DNA of 26,047 nucleotides from an uncultured Pirellulales bacterium (GCA_964618055.1 CAZTWR010000001.1:1-26047), one strand, 5' to 3'. Shown: positions 1 to 9,563, numbered from the stretch's first letter. Translations and numbers: made by a program. The notes: generated by a model from the sequence alone, not told the origin.

Positions 1-1493
1 ACAATGCTGAAATCTAAAGAAAAAAAGATAGAAATTAAAATAAAACAAATAGAAATGATCCAAAAGCCAGTAGTGAAAAATAAAATAATAAAGAATAAAA
101 GATCAAATAAAAGAATAATATCAGCTGTCACCAAAAAAGATATAGCATTGATAACGTATCTAAATTGTGCATACTGAAACATAGCATGAACAGCCGAATA
201 TGCAAGGAAAAGTGCTGCCAATAATAGTCCTAACGAATGCGCTATCGGCACCTTTTCCTCCACAAGTCTCCTGCCCAAAATCGTGCGAACCGAAATGAGT
301 ATCAAAAGAACGCATACAGAAAAAGTATGAAAAACTGTAACCGGCTGCTTGAAAGAAAACTCTCCTGACCAGAGCCCCATAAACTGCCTGAATCTCCACC
401 ACCAGCCTCGAAGAGCCCGCACAGGATAACTTTTCCAGTAATCAATGACTTCCTTCATCACTATTCTGCGTCTTTCCTGCCAGCCTATGTCTGTCTTGTC
501 TTGGCCGAATGCAGCTTCCGCCCTTCGACTTACTAAAGCTGCCATCTTTGAAAACTCTTGGTGGTATTTATGCCGAACCATATATTTGCCTTCGGGTGGT
601 ACATATATATTATTTCCCACGTACAGAGCCCATGAACCATAGGTGCCCGTAACTAATCTGGGGTCTTTATACTTAATATTCGAATAAATGTAAGTTGAAA
701 GCATAATCAATTCAGCAGTTACAAGCAAAGTAAACCAGCCCTTTACAAAGCCGGCAGCGCCTCGCTTTCGGATATACTGGTATAAAATTATCACTAGGAA
801 AATGAAAAAGAAAAAATGTGTTGGAAATAAATACATCGGCCTAATCAAGAGATCCACCGCCAGCGCAACTCCAGCTATGACCGCTGGTAATGTGCTGAAC
901 TTACTTCTATAAAAATATGCAAGGCCCAAAAACAAAGCTACGTGACTAAAAACTATAGAAGATTCTACATTTCCAGAAAGCCATCTAGTATATGCGAAAA
1001 AACTCCCAAATAACCATAAAGCAAGAAGCACACAAGCATTACTCTTCGTATAAATCCTTACGCCCAGTCCTAAAAAAATAAATGAGGCAAAAAGAAAAAC
1101 CCACGAAAATTCGGCCGGTGATAATCCACCTATCACACAGCAAATTGCCAAAAGAAGCGGATGCCCTATAGATGGCATAACTTCCTTTTCCCGGTACGTA
1201 TCATAGTAGCCAGTGCCATCAACAATATTTTCGGCAAGACTATAGTATAGCCGGGCATCTGGATTCATATGTTTGATTTGGAACTGGGCCGGCCATTGTG
1301 TTTTCATGTTCAGTTCAATGTTGGTTCCAAAAGACAAAAATACTATAAGAACAATGATGAAGATAATAATATTTCGGTCAATTGCACTTAAAAACGCAAC
1401 AAGCCTGTGACGCGCAGATGACGAAGATTTAACATTAGTCACCTCTATTTTTTGCTTCGTCTTGATACTCCTTCCTCTTTTTTTCCGCTTCAT
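1..1493 (-). CDS. GT-C fold (ArnT/PMT, GT39-like) polytopic membrane glycosyltransferase, 3' end beyond the window edge
   Basis: Translated by hand and absent from the ORF track. ATG at 1493 opens a stop-free frame to base 1: MKRKKRGRSIKTKQK..., a first TM helix, then loop HMNPDARLYYSLAENIVDGTGYY and PSIGHPLLLA, then many hydrophobic segments. Confidence 0.75.
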   Translation of the reverse strand, partial: MKRKKRGRSIKTKQKIEVTNVKSSSSARHRLVAFLSAIDRNIIIFIIVLIVFLSFGTNIELNMKTQWPAQFQIKHMNPDARLYYSLAENIVDGTGYYDTYREKEVMPSIGHPLLLAICCVIGGLSPAEFSWVFLFASFIFLGLGVRIYTKSNACVLLALWLFGSFFAYTRWLSGNVESSIVFSHVALFLGLAYFYRSKFSTLPAVIAGVALAVDLLIRPMYLFPTHFFFFIFLVIILYQYIRKRGAAGFVKGWFTLLVTAELIMLSTYIYSNIKYKDPRLVTGTYGSWALYVGNNIYVPPEGKYMVRHKYHQEFSKMAALVSRRAEAAFGQDKTDIGWQERRRIVMKEVIDYWKSYPVRALRGWWWRFRQFMGLWSGEFSFKQPVTVFHTFSVCVLLILISVRTILGRRLVEEKVPIAHSLGLLLAALFLAYSAVHAMFQYAQFRYVINAISFLVTADIILLFDLLFFIILFFTTGFWIISICFILISIFFSLDFSI

Positions 1494-1538
1494 TTTTTTC
1501 TCTAATAAGATATTTTTCGATTTGCCGCAATTTGCTGG

Positions 1539-1567
1539 ATTATATATATTAATCTTGTGAGGAGCAA
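1539..1567 (-). promoter_or_regulatory. Putative sigma70 promoter for the minus-strand GT-C gene
   Basis: Minus strand TTGCTC (1567-1562), 17-nt spacer, TATAAT (1544-1539), about 45 nt upstream of ATG 1493. Confidence 0.55.
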
Positions 1568-1872
1568 GTTGTATTTGCACAATTTTTATACCTTCTCACC
1601 GCTGATTATTTCGGGGACTTGTAGCTTGGTAAGCTTTTGAATGAAAAATTATATAATTTATGGTTTTTGGCCTTAAGATTTAACCAGTTGGATGAGCTTT
1701 TTAGCCGATAATAAGAGGTGTAGATTATATCTAAAGAAATTTTTCGGCCAGTTTTATATGTCCATTACATAATCCTGTTGCCGGCTGGATATATTTTTTG
1801 ATATGATGACTTTAGAGCCTGGCAGGATATTTTAGATTAAACCTTTAATGTTAGTTTTTCAGGGCCATCAAA

Positions 1873-2865
1873 ATGAATCAGAAAAACCCGATTTCAGTGG
1901 TTGTGACTATTCCAGCCTACAACGAAGCTGCCACAGTGGCCCAGGTAATCAAGGCAGTGCCCAGGGACATTGACGAGGTAGAGAGTATTGATATTGCTGT
2001 AATAGATGACGGCAGCATAGATGATACAGCTGAATTATCAGCCCAGGCAGGGGCAAAAGTTGTCAGTTTCAGCAAAAACAGAGGCCTTGGAGTGGCTTTT
2101 GCCGAGGCCCTGCGCACAGCTCTTGGCCTTGGAGCGGATATTATCGTTAATATTGATGCCGATGGCCAGTTCAATCCACAAGACATCCCAAAGCTGCTCG
2201 GGCCTATTATCAGCGGTAAGGCCGATATGGTTACCGCCAGCCGGTTCGCTGACCCTGATTTGATTCCCAAAATGCCCTGGATAAAAAAGTGGGGCAACAA
2301 AAGAGCTGCCAATATCCTAAACAAAATCACCGGCCAGCAGCTGCACGATGTCTCATGCGGGTTCCGAGCTTATAACCGCGATGCCGCGCTTCGGGCAACT
2401 TTACTCGGGGGACACACCTACACGCACGAGGTTATACTTGATTTGGCATTTCGTGGCCTGAGGATTGTTGAAGTGCCCGTTAAGGTCATCGGCGTCCGTA
2501 AAACCGGCAAAAGCAGGGTCGCAGGGAATCTGTGGAAATATGGCTGGAACAGTTTGCTCATAATTCTAAGAGCATACCGTGACCACAGACCAATGCGTGT
2601 CTTTGGTGGAATAAGTTTAGTTTTTTGGGTGCTGTCTCTTTCTTGCGGGACCTTCGTTCTATACCATTATCTCAGAACAGGAACGTTCTCACCCTATATC
2701 TTTGTGGCATTTCTGGCCGGAGGATTCGGTTTCATTGCACTTATCTGTTATATAACCGCTCTGCTGGCAGGAATGATAAATCGCTTGAGGATCTTGCAGG
2801 ACGAACAACTATTCCTATTGCGTAAGCAAGAGTACAGCACCACAAGTGAAAACAGGTCAAAATGA
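1873..2865 (+). CDS. GT2 polyprenol-phosphate glycosyltransferase (DPM1/GtrB-like) with C-terminal TM hairpin
   Basis: TIPAYNEA, VIDDGSIDDT, NRGLGVAF, NIDADGQ (DxD), DVSCGFRAY; two hydrophobic helices near the C-terminus. Confidence 0.9.
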   Translation: MNQKNPISVVVTIPAYNEAATVAQVIKAVPRDIDEVESIDIAVIDDGSIDDTAELSAQAGAKVVSFSKNRGLGVAFAEALRTALGLGADIIVNIDADGQFNPQDIPKLLGPIISGKADMVTASRFADPDLIPKMPWIKKWGNKRAANILNKITGQQLHDVSCGFRAYNRDAALRATLLGGHTYTHEVILDLAFRGLRIVEVPVKVIGVRKTGKSRVAGNLWKYGWNSLLIILRAYRDHRPMRVFGGISLVFWVLSLSCGTFVLYHYLRTGTFSPYIFVAFLAGGFGFIALICYITALLAGMINRLRILQDEQLFLLRKQEYSTTSENRSK

Positions 2866-3938
2866 TTCACTTTTTTCTTGGTACCAAAGCCCAGTTTATA
2901 AAAATGGCTCCAGTTATGGTGGAGCTACAAAATCGTGGTGTTCCATTTCGCTACGTGGATTCGGGCCAACACGCTGAGTTGACAAGGATGTTACGACAGA
3001 GTTTCGGAATACCTGAGCCGGATGTGTGCCTTAGAAAAGGCGGTGACGTTGCTTCTATCGCCGCAGCAGTTATGTGGACTCTAAAACTGATTATGTTGTG
3101 TTTAAGAAGCAAGAAATGGCTCAGCAGGGATATTTTCCCAGGAGGTGGGGTATGTTTGATTCATGGTGATACGATGAGCACCTTGCTGGGAATGAAAATG
3201 GCCAGAGCTGCGGGACTACAAGTAGGGCATGTGGAGGCCGGTCTGCGAAGCTTTTGTATATGGCATCCGTTCCCTGAAGAGCTGATAAGAATATACTGTA
3301 TGAAACGATGCGATATACTGTTCGCACCTTCGGATGAGGCGTTCGGTAACCTTAACGCTATGAATGTTCGAGGGCGGGTATTTAAAGTCGATGGCAATAC
3401 AGTTGTTGATGCGCTGAGATTGAGCCAGAAGGTACCGGCAACGGTGAATATTCCGGCTGAGCCGTTTGCTTTGGCAACTTGCCACAGACTGGAGACCATA
3501 ACACGGCGCAAGAGACTTAAAAAGGTGGTTTCTCTACTCAATCATCTATCGAAGCAGATAAAGATTGTCTTTGTTATTCACGAACCGACGCAGAAATACC
3601 TGGAGCGTTTTTCACTGGCTGAAGAACTCAGCCCTGAAGTGGTTCTGCTTAATATGCAAAACTATACGAATTTTACAGCACTTTTGCGGTCAGCTAAGAT
3701 GGTCCTGACAGATGGAGGCAGTATTCAGGAAGAATGTGCCTATCTTAATAAACCGTGCCTTATATTGCGAAAGAAAACTGAGCGGCCGGATGGTTTGGGC
3801 AAGAATGCGATGCTGTGGGGCTTTGATGATTCTATCGTTGATGAGTTTCTATCCAAAGCTAAATCTCTTACTTTAAAGGACCCGAATGAATGGCCCAGCC
3901 CGTCAGCCAAGATTGTCGATAGCCTAGTTGGAACGTGA
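2862..3938 (+). CDS. wecB: UDP-N-acetylglucosamine 2-epimerase family protein (non-hydrolysing, WecB-like)
   Basis: GTKAQFIKMAPV, SGQH, HGDT, HVEAGLRS, PFPEE, CHR, TDGGSIQEE, TERP; ATGA overlap with the upstream GT2. Confidence 0.8.
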   Translation: MIHFFLGTKAQFIKMAPVMVELQNRGVPFRYVDSGQHAELTRMLRQSFGIPEPDVCLRKGGDVASIAAAVMWTLKLIMLCLRSKKWLSRDIFPGGGVCLIHGDTMSTLLGMKMARAAGLQVGHVEAGLRSFCIWHPFPEELIRIYCMKRCDILFAPSDEAFGNLNAMNVRGRVFKVDGNTVVDALRLSQKVPATVNIPAEPFALATCHRLETITRRKRLKKVVSLLNHLSKQIKIVFVIHEPTQKYLERFSLAEELSPEVVLLNMQNYTNFTALLRSAKMVLTDGGSIQEECAYLNKPCLILRKKTERPDGLGKNAMLWGFDDSIVDEFLSKAKSLTLKDPNEWPSPSAKIVDSLVGT

Positions 3939-4007
3939 TTTTGAAATATGAGGAGAATCATTTTTTGGTCACATTGATTTTCTAAGAAAATACCAAAGGG
4001 TCTTAAT

Positions 4008-5069
4008 TTGGCGAACTTTGAAAAAACAATTTTGAATTTCCTGCTGGACAAAGATGCTGACTGTGATGAATTAGAAAAATATTTGAGTAGGCGGGGACTG
4101 GATTTTATTTTAGAATACGCTAAAGCAAATCATGTGCTTTTTGCCCTTGCCTCAAAAATGGATAAAAAAAAGTGCTTAGAGCAAAGCGGTGTCCTCCGAA
4201 TAAAGCAAATCCTGGAGGATGAAAACAACCGATATTTAGAGCTGACTTCTCTTGCAAAACAAGCCCAGAGTATTTTTGACGAAAACAAATATCATGTAGT
4301 TCTTATGAAATGGTTTTTCCCTTTCCCCCATACCGATGACGACCTTGATTTTGTTGCGGTTCAAGAAGGTGGGTTTTCAAGATGCAAAAAAGCTCTCGAA
4401 GAAAACAATTTCGCGATGATAAAAAACAGAAGCTATCTTAGAGAACCACTTAAAAGATTCTTCTCGGTGCAGAGCAAGAACTGTTTTATTCACCTGCATT
4501 CGGCGTTCTCCTGGAATGGGGTAAGATATGTTGATTCGAAAACTGTCTGGGAAGATAAGGCAGTTAAAGAAATTGATGAAGTAGCCTTTTGTGTGCCCTC
4601 GCCGACCCATGACTTTCTGATAACTGCCGGCCATGCTTTATTTGAAAATAAGTGTATTTATATGTTGGACTTTATGAACATTATAGCTCTCGTCGAATCG
4701 GGACGAATAGATTGGGATAGGTTGCTGCAATTGGCAAATGAATTTAATTGGAAAGGCGGCTTGGTTTGCTTCCTGCTACAAATCGAAGCGTTGCATAGAA
4801 AAATGTTCGACAAGCCACTTTTGCCACACCATATTTTGAATAGCAAGGAAATTTACATCTCGGACGAATTTGTCTTTCCTTTCATTTTAAGAAAAGCTTT
4901 TCTTAGCTCTTTTGGGAAGTTCTTTTTGGATATTGCCAAACTCAGACTTCGTCAGGTTCCGAGACAGTTATTTTCTTATGCTATTGTAGATTATCTCCTT
5001 TATGAAAGAGTTGTTAAATCCAAAAATAATCTGGAGGTTTCGTATGCTAATTTCCTTCAGCGGGATTGA
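4008..5069 (+). CDS. Uncharacterised nucleotidyltransferase family protein (NTP_transf_5-like)
   Basis: TTG start; MKWFFPFPHTDDDLDF (DxD-type acidic motif), IHLH, PSPTHDFLITAGHALFE; size and glycan-locus context fit the family. Confidence 0.6.
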   Translation: MANFEKTILNFLLDKDADCDELEKYLSRRGLDFILEYAKANHVLFALASKMDKKKCLEQSGVLRIKQILEDENNRYLELTSLAKQAQSIFDENKYHVVLMKWFFPFPHTDDDLDFVAVQEGGFSRCKKALEENNFAMIKNRSYLREPLKRFFSVQSKNCFIHLHSAFSWNGVRYVDSKTVWEDKAVKEIDEVAFCVPSPTHDFLITAGHALFENKCIYMLDFMNIIALVESGRIDWDRLLQLANEFNWKGGLVCFLLQIEALHRKMFDKPLLPHHILNSKEIYISDEFVFPFILRKAFLSSFGKFFLDIAKLRLRQVPRQLFSYAIVDYLLYERVVKSKNNLEVSYANFLQRD

Positions 5070-5643
5070 TGGTTGTGGAAAAACGACCTTTGCTACTCAG
5101 GTTATAGAACTCCTTAAGACCAGAGGGCTTAAAGCGAAGTGCCTGAGGGTAACTGATACGGCTATTTCAAGGAAACTTGGCGAGCTATTTAAGAAAATCT
5201 CCGGTAAGAGAACCAAAAGCGCCGCATCTTCTTCAGGAAGCGTATTTGCGTTTTTTAGAAAGATGTTCCTTGTTTTTGACGTACTGTTGTTCTGGATTGT
5301 GCTTCTGCGTGCCAGAGTGACTGGAACGAACCTTGTATGCGACCGCTATTTCTTCGATTCAATCATACACCTTAAGTATCTTGGTATTTCCATTAATCTA
5401 TTTGAAAATTTTTTGTTTGCTCTTGCTCCAGAACCGGATATTGCGTTCTTGCTGATTGTTCCCGTAGAGGTTGCCAAGGGCCGCGACAAGGATTTCTCTA
5501 ACAACTTTTACAAGGAAAAGCATTCATATTATATAGAGGTTTTCGAAAAAATTAACGCTATTAAAATTGAAAATAATGACTTGGATTCTACTTCAATGCA
5601 GGTTAAGAAGATAGTTGTTGAACATCTGCGGGAGAAAAGGTGA
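5044..5643 (+). CDS. Thymidylate-kinase-like P-loop NMP kinase
   Basis: MLISFSGIDGCGKTT P-loop, CDRYFFDS (DR motif), PDIAFLL, lid region. Start moved from 5002 to ATG 5044, which has GGAGG (5033-5037) upstream. Confidence 0.75.
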   Translation: MLISFSGIDGCGKTTFATQVIELLKTRGLKAKCLRVTDTAISRKLGELFKKISGKRTKSAASSSGSVFAFFRKMFLVFDVLLFWIVLLRARVTGTNLVCDRYFFDSIIHLKYLGISINLFENFLFALAPEPDIAFLLIVPVEVAKGRDKDFSNNFYKEKHSYYIEVFEKINAIKIENNDLDSTSMQVKKIVVEHLREKR

Positions 5644-6749
5644 AAATCTTATTTGTAACAAGGCCGATTGTTCCTCCTTGGAACGAAGGCAGCAAGAACA
5701 CTGTTTTTGAGCTTGCCAAAAAAATACGAGGGCACCACGTCCACTTGCTTACCACAAAGGATTTTTCGTATGATGCGGAGAATATTGTTTGGGAAAGAGT
5801 TTACACCAAAGGCGGTCTTGTTTCAGGTCTTTCATTCGGGCAGAAACTACGGCTCTTTTTGAGACTTGTCAAAAAAGATGATATTGACATTTATCACTTT
5901 TTCTTCAAGCCTACCTCTTTAGTTGCAGTGGCTACAAAAATCGCGCTAAAATTCAACAAGAAAAAGACTGTTCAAACAGTTGTGTCGGTCCCTGCCGAAG
6001 GGGAGCAATTAAGGAAAGCTATTTTTGCGGATACAGTGGTGGTCGGCTCACAGTTTATGCAAAAAAGACTCGCTGAAGAGGGTATCGAAGCGAAACATAT
6101 CCCCTTTGCGGTAAATACCGAGGAATTAACCAGACCGTTTGATGTATCGGATGCTAAAAAAGCGTTTGGCATGGAAGCTTTGGCGGTGATTCTCTTCGCA
6201 GGAAATTTGCATCCCGGCAGGGGTATCAAGATTGTTGCGGAATCTATGGAAGACGTTGTGAAGCAGTTTCCAGAAGTGAAATTTATTTTTGCCTACCGAT
6301 TTTGGGGGACAAAGCTCGAAAAGCAAAATCTGGAGAGGATAAGAACAGAAATAAATGAGAAAAACTTGACAAAAAATGTAATGTTTTTAAGCACAGTTGG
6401 AAATATGAAACAATTAATCAGGGCCGCGGACATAGTTGTTTTCCCCCCAAATTCAATGGTTTTCAAGATGGATTACCCACTGATACTTTTAGAGGCGATG
6501 GCGATGGCTAAACCGGTAATTTTTTCAGACGTTTCTCCTTTGAATGAACTGTTTGAAAATCAGAGTAACATTATGATTGAAAGGAATAACCCAAAACAGC
6601 TTTCCACCGCGATTATCTCTTTACTTTCACACAAAGAAAAAATGTACGCTATAGGTGAAAATGCAAGAGCTTTGGCTGAAAAGAAATTTAACATCCGATC
6701 ATCTGCTCGCAAATACCTCGAGCTGTATGAAGAACTTATAAAGAAATAA
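5640..6749 (+). CDS. GT4 family glycosyltransferase
   Basis: GTGA overlap with the kinase; ILFAGNLHPGRG, ADIVVFP, MDYPLILLEAMAMAKPVIFSDV; GT-B C-terminal pattern. Confidence 0.85.
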   Translation: MKILFVTRPIVPPWNEGSKNTVFELAKKIRGHHVHLLTTKDFSYDAENIVWERVYTKGGLVSGLSFGQKLRLFLRLVKKDDIDIYHFFFKPTSLVAVATKIALKFNKKKTVQTVVSVPAEGEQLRKAIFADTVVVGSQFMQKRLAEEGIEAKHIPFAVNTEELTRPFDVSDAKKAFGMEALAVILFAGNLHPGRGIKIVAESMEDVVKQFPEVKFIFAYRFWGTKLEKQNLERIRTEINEKNLTKNVMFLSTVGNMKQLIRAADIVVFPPNSMVFKMDYPLILLEAMAMAKPVIFSDVSPLNELFENQSNIMIERNNPKQLSTAIISLLSHKEKMYAIGENARALAEKKFNIRSSARKYLELYEELIKK

Positions 6750-6776
6750 TTTTTTATCATTGGTGTCAATGAAAGT

Positions 6777-7742
6777 ATGAGTAAATGGCTTAAAAATATC
6801 CTAGGTCTGACAATACTGGTTTTCCTGCTGTGGTACCTAACCGGGCACTGGGGACAGCTAAAGGCACTGCTCCATTTGACTCCAAAACAGCTTGGCCTAA
6901 TGTATTTTTTGTACTTAGTGCCTACCCTAATCAACGCTCGTATTGTGCAATGTTTAGTAGAGGCCCTGAAAATTAGAACCCGTTTCTGGGACATGGCTTT
7001 GCTCAATAATGCCGCTTTGCTACTCAACTATGCCCCGATGAAATTTGGGACGATTTTCCGGGCGAATTATTTGAAGCGTCACTACGGCCTTACCTACTCA
7101 CGCTTTGCGACGTTTTTTTTGTATATCACGTTTTTGATGACAGCTACCGCAGCAACGATAGGCTTGGCTGTTTTGCTAACAATCTACGGGTTGGGTAAGT
7201 ATGAAAGCAAGATATTGGCTGGTGTCTTTGCTGGAACGATAATAGGCTCACTAATTTTCTTGCTGTTCCCCTTGCCTGAGCCAAAAGCAAAAGGAAGGTT
7301 AAGGACGGCGCTGCGAAATTTTCTTTCCAGCAGAAGACAGATTTCTAAAGAAAGAAAAACAGTTTTGGTTTCAGTCTCACTTTTAACTTTAAGCTTCTTG
7401 TTTACGGCTCTACGTATCGGAATTATCTACCATAGTATGGGTAAGAATATTCATCCATGTGGTTATCTTGTTTTAGGGGCCGTTGGTTTTGTGATTTTGT
7501 TTATTGGGCTTACGCCTGGTTCATTAGGAATTAGGGAACTTGTGCTTGGCTTTAGTGCTATAGCTCTTGGCATACCATTAGAAGTGGGTGTGTTAGCAGC
7601 AATGCTCGATAGAGCAATATCAATGAGTTATATATTTGTCGTAGGTGGCATTTGCACTTTATTGCTTTGGCATAAATCACCAGCTGATTTCAAGGAGCGA
7701 GAAAACAACTCCACAAATCAGCAGCACTACACTACTGTTTAA
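6777..7742 (+). CDS. UPF0104 / lysylphosphatidylglycerol-synthase-TM flippase-like membrane protein
   Basis: About 8 TM segments; LLLNYAPMKFGTIFRANYLKR, GLTPGSLGIRE, LLDR-like MLDRAIS motifs. Confidence 0.8.
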   Translation: MSKWLKNILGLTILVFLLWYLTGHWGQLKALLHLTPKQLGLMYFLYLVPTLINARIVQCLVEALKIRTRFWDMALLNNAALLLNYAPMKFGTIFRANYLKRHYGLTYSRFATFFLYITFLMTATAATIGLAVLLTIYGLGKYESKILAGVFAGTIIGSLIFLLFPLPEPKAKGRLRTALRNFLSSRRQISKERKTVLVSVSLLTLSFLFTALRIGIIYHSMGKNIHPCGYLVLGAVGFVILFIGLTPGSLGIRELVLGFSAIALGIPLEVGVLAAMLDRAISMSYIFVVGGICTLLLWHKSPADFKERENNSTNQQHYTTV

Positions 7743-9409
7743 TTAGTAGTGCTGCTTAAATCAAAAATCACATATGGATTCATGCCGGCTCTGTAGAATT
7801 TGCCGTTCTTTACCTCACCAGGGTCGCCAGGGATATATTCCTCGACCTTGTATCGCAGTTGTAGCTCCTTAATTAGCTGGGCCAGATAAATAGCCTGCTC
7901 CCTGTTATGATGCGTCGTCGGCATCAAGTAATATGGAAACCTTCCCGTTTTTGCCTTTTGTTCAATCTCTTCTACTGTCCGAGCAACCACAATATCTCTG
8001 TCAAGATGCCAGGCAATTTCCGGCCGGTAAAATGCGCCCTTCGCAGGATGCTGATTAACTATAAAATCCTCAAAGCTCAAAAGAGCCTTATCCGGGGGTA
8101 TCTTCTGCTGCAGCTTCTCAAACATTCTTATTTTCGCCGGTGACTGCCAGCGGATACCATAATAGAAATTGGTCCCCATCACGCTAAATACAAAAAACAG
8201 GCCTACAAGCAGCACCATAGCAGCGTTTGCAAGATATCTATTTGCTTTTCTGAGAATATCTCCCAGCAGCATCACCCCCAGTGCAGCAGATATCGCAGTA
8301 AAAAAGCAAAACGGTCGTTCCCATGTCTGATGCCTCCACAGACAACCCTTTAACAAGAAAAGCTGAAATACCGGCGGCATAAGAAAGAGCCAGAAGTGTG
8401 GAAAACGCCGCGATACAGTTGCTGTTGTATTTTTTGAAGTGTTTGACATAAAGACAAATAATTGGCCAAACGTCAGATAAACAATCACGGCAATCAGGAC
8501 CGGCAGCGTAAAATTATACACTGCAAATTCCCAGAATTTGGCAAACCACGCCGACCAGACGTGTTCTTTCATCTCGCCGGAACCAGCTCGCCACTTATAC
8601 AGGTCGATTATTTTTTGATAATTCCATCCATGTCCAGCTGTCATAATAATGAAATCCAAAGCCAAACTGCTCAATGGCGCAATAATCAAAATAGCGAGCA
8701 AAGACTTGTCTGGGAAAGTTTGGTGATAAATACAACGACAGAGGTAATGTACCCCAATTGCCAGTGCAAAGAAGAATCCCTCCCAGCTTAACTGCAGCAT
8801 CATAAATAGGCAAAAGCCCAAGAACATCTTGTGTGCTTTTTTAGGTTCCGGGCCGTCCCTCAAACCTCTAATTATCACAAGATAGTTCCAGATAGCCCAG
8901 AGTGTAAACGGATACAGCCACAAATTAACCCCGAAGTGGCCGATAATGGGAAACAAACAGAAAAAAAGACCCGCAAGTAATGCTGTCTTGTCGTCCAGTA
9001 ACCCCCGTAAAATCTTCAGAAAAATCAATAGCGTAATTACTGTTGCTGCCACATTTACCACTCGTAGAGACCACGTATGAATACCAAGAACGGCCATAGC
9101 AGCAGCATTGAGCAGAGCGCCAAGCTGCGGATGGTCAAGATATCGAAATGGTTTTCCAACCGGCGGATAACCTACAGCTCGTGTGGAAAACCCCTTCGTG
9201 TAACCAAGACCATATTTAACATGAACTCTGGCAGCCCAAGGACTATGAGCGTCGGCCCAGCTATGCAGCCCATAGAAAGGCCGGGCAATATCACGACTTA
9301 ATATAGAAGCCAGCAATATTGCAAGTAATCCCGCACAAAGCCAGAAACTGAAACCTCCATTTGAAATATTTAAATTGTCCACCCTTTTCATAGAGCGCTC
9401 CACTACCAT
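7739..9409 (-). CDS. GT-C fold (ArnT/PMT, GT39/GT83-like) membrane glycosyltransferase
   Basis: N-terminal TM, loop FYGLHSWADAH...YLDHPQLGALL, WSLRVV, many TM helices, soluble C-terminal domain. Alternative start at ATG 9391. Confidence 0.75.
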   Translation of the reverse strand: MVVERSMKRVDNLNISNGGFSFWLCAGLLAILLASILSRDIARPFYGLHSWADAHSPWAARVHVKYGLGYTKGFSTRAVGYPPVGKPFRYLDHPQLGALLNAAAMAVLGIHTWSLRVVNVAATVITLLIFLKILRGLLDDKTALLAGLFFCLFPIIGHFGVNLWLYPFTLWAIWNYLVIIRGLRDGPEPKKAHKMFLGFCLFMMLQLSWEGFFFALAIGVHYLCRCIYHQTFPDKSLLAILIIAPLSSLALDFIIMTAGHGWNYQKIIDLYKWRAGSGEMKEHVWSAWFAKFWEFAVYNFTLPVLIAVIVYLTFGQLFVFMSNTSKNTTATVSRRFPHFWLFLMPPVFQLFLLKGCLWRHQTWERPFCFFTAISAALGVMLLGDILRKANRYLANAAMVLLVGLFFVFSVMGTNFYYGIRWQSPAKIRMFEKLQQKIPPDKALLSFEDFIVNQHPAKGAFYRPEIAWHLDRDIVVARTVEEIEQKAKTGRFPYYLMPTTHHNREQAIYLAQLIKELQLRYKVEEYIPGDPGEVKNGKFYRAGMNPYVIFDLSSTTN

Positions 9410-9411
9410 CT

Positions 9412-9429
9412 CCTGAGCACAGTCGAAGG
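9412..9429. repeat. Possible remnant of an interspersed REP-like repeat (CCTGAGC-N3-GTCGAAGG type)
   Basis: CCTGAGCACAGTCGAAGG resembles an intergenic repeat word I recall from several bacterial phyla; only one copy in this window. Confidence 0.35.
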
Positions 9430-9452
9430 ACCATTTGCCCTAATTATAATAA

Positions 9453-9481
9453 ATTTTAATTGCAAAATGCCGTCGTAGCAA
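9453..9481 (-). promoter_or_regulatory. Putative sigma70 promoter for the second GT-C gene
   Basis: Minus strand TTGCTA (9481-9476), 17-nt spacer, TAAAAT (9458-9453). Confidence 0.5.
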
Positions 9482-9563
9482 ATGCTTTGTGGTATTACTA
9501 TCCACGTCCTTTGACGTCCGCCTACGCAGGTTAGAATCGAGCAAATCCAAAAACCTCATCTGA

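Noticed and set aside
160-642. Track ORFs 160..402 (-) and 445..642 (+)
   Set aside because: They are off-frame or antisense shadows of the long minus-strand membrane protein gene 1..1493.
3948-3977. Tiny ORF MRRIIFWSH between wecB and the nucleotidyltransferase
   Set aside because: Nine codons with no supporting features; compatible with chance in AT-rich DNA.
5002-5043. Track start of the kinase at 5002
   Set aside because: ATG 5044 has a GGAGG SD and places the P-loop strand at the N-terminus, as in Tmk.
5044-5643. Idea that the kinase is the missing APS kinase (CysC)
   Set aside because: GIDGCGKTT and DRY are Tmk-type; CysC motifs such as LDGD and the GLSGSGKST loop are absent.
5640-6749. 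Idea that the GT4 is SQDG synthase (SqdX/SQD2)
   Set aside because: It lacks the ExxGxVxLEAM signature I associate with SqdX and sits in a compositionally distinct cassette far from sqdB; not excluded without a phylogeny.
9505-9535. GTCCGCCTACGCAGG, reminiscent of a CCCGCCTxCGCGGG-type repeat
   Set aside because: Too short and degenerate, single copy, no flanking arm.
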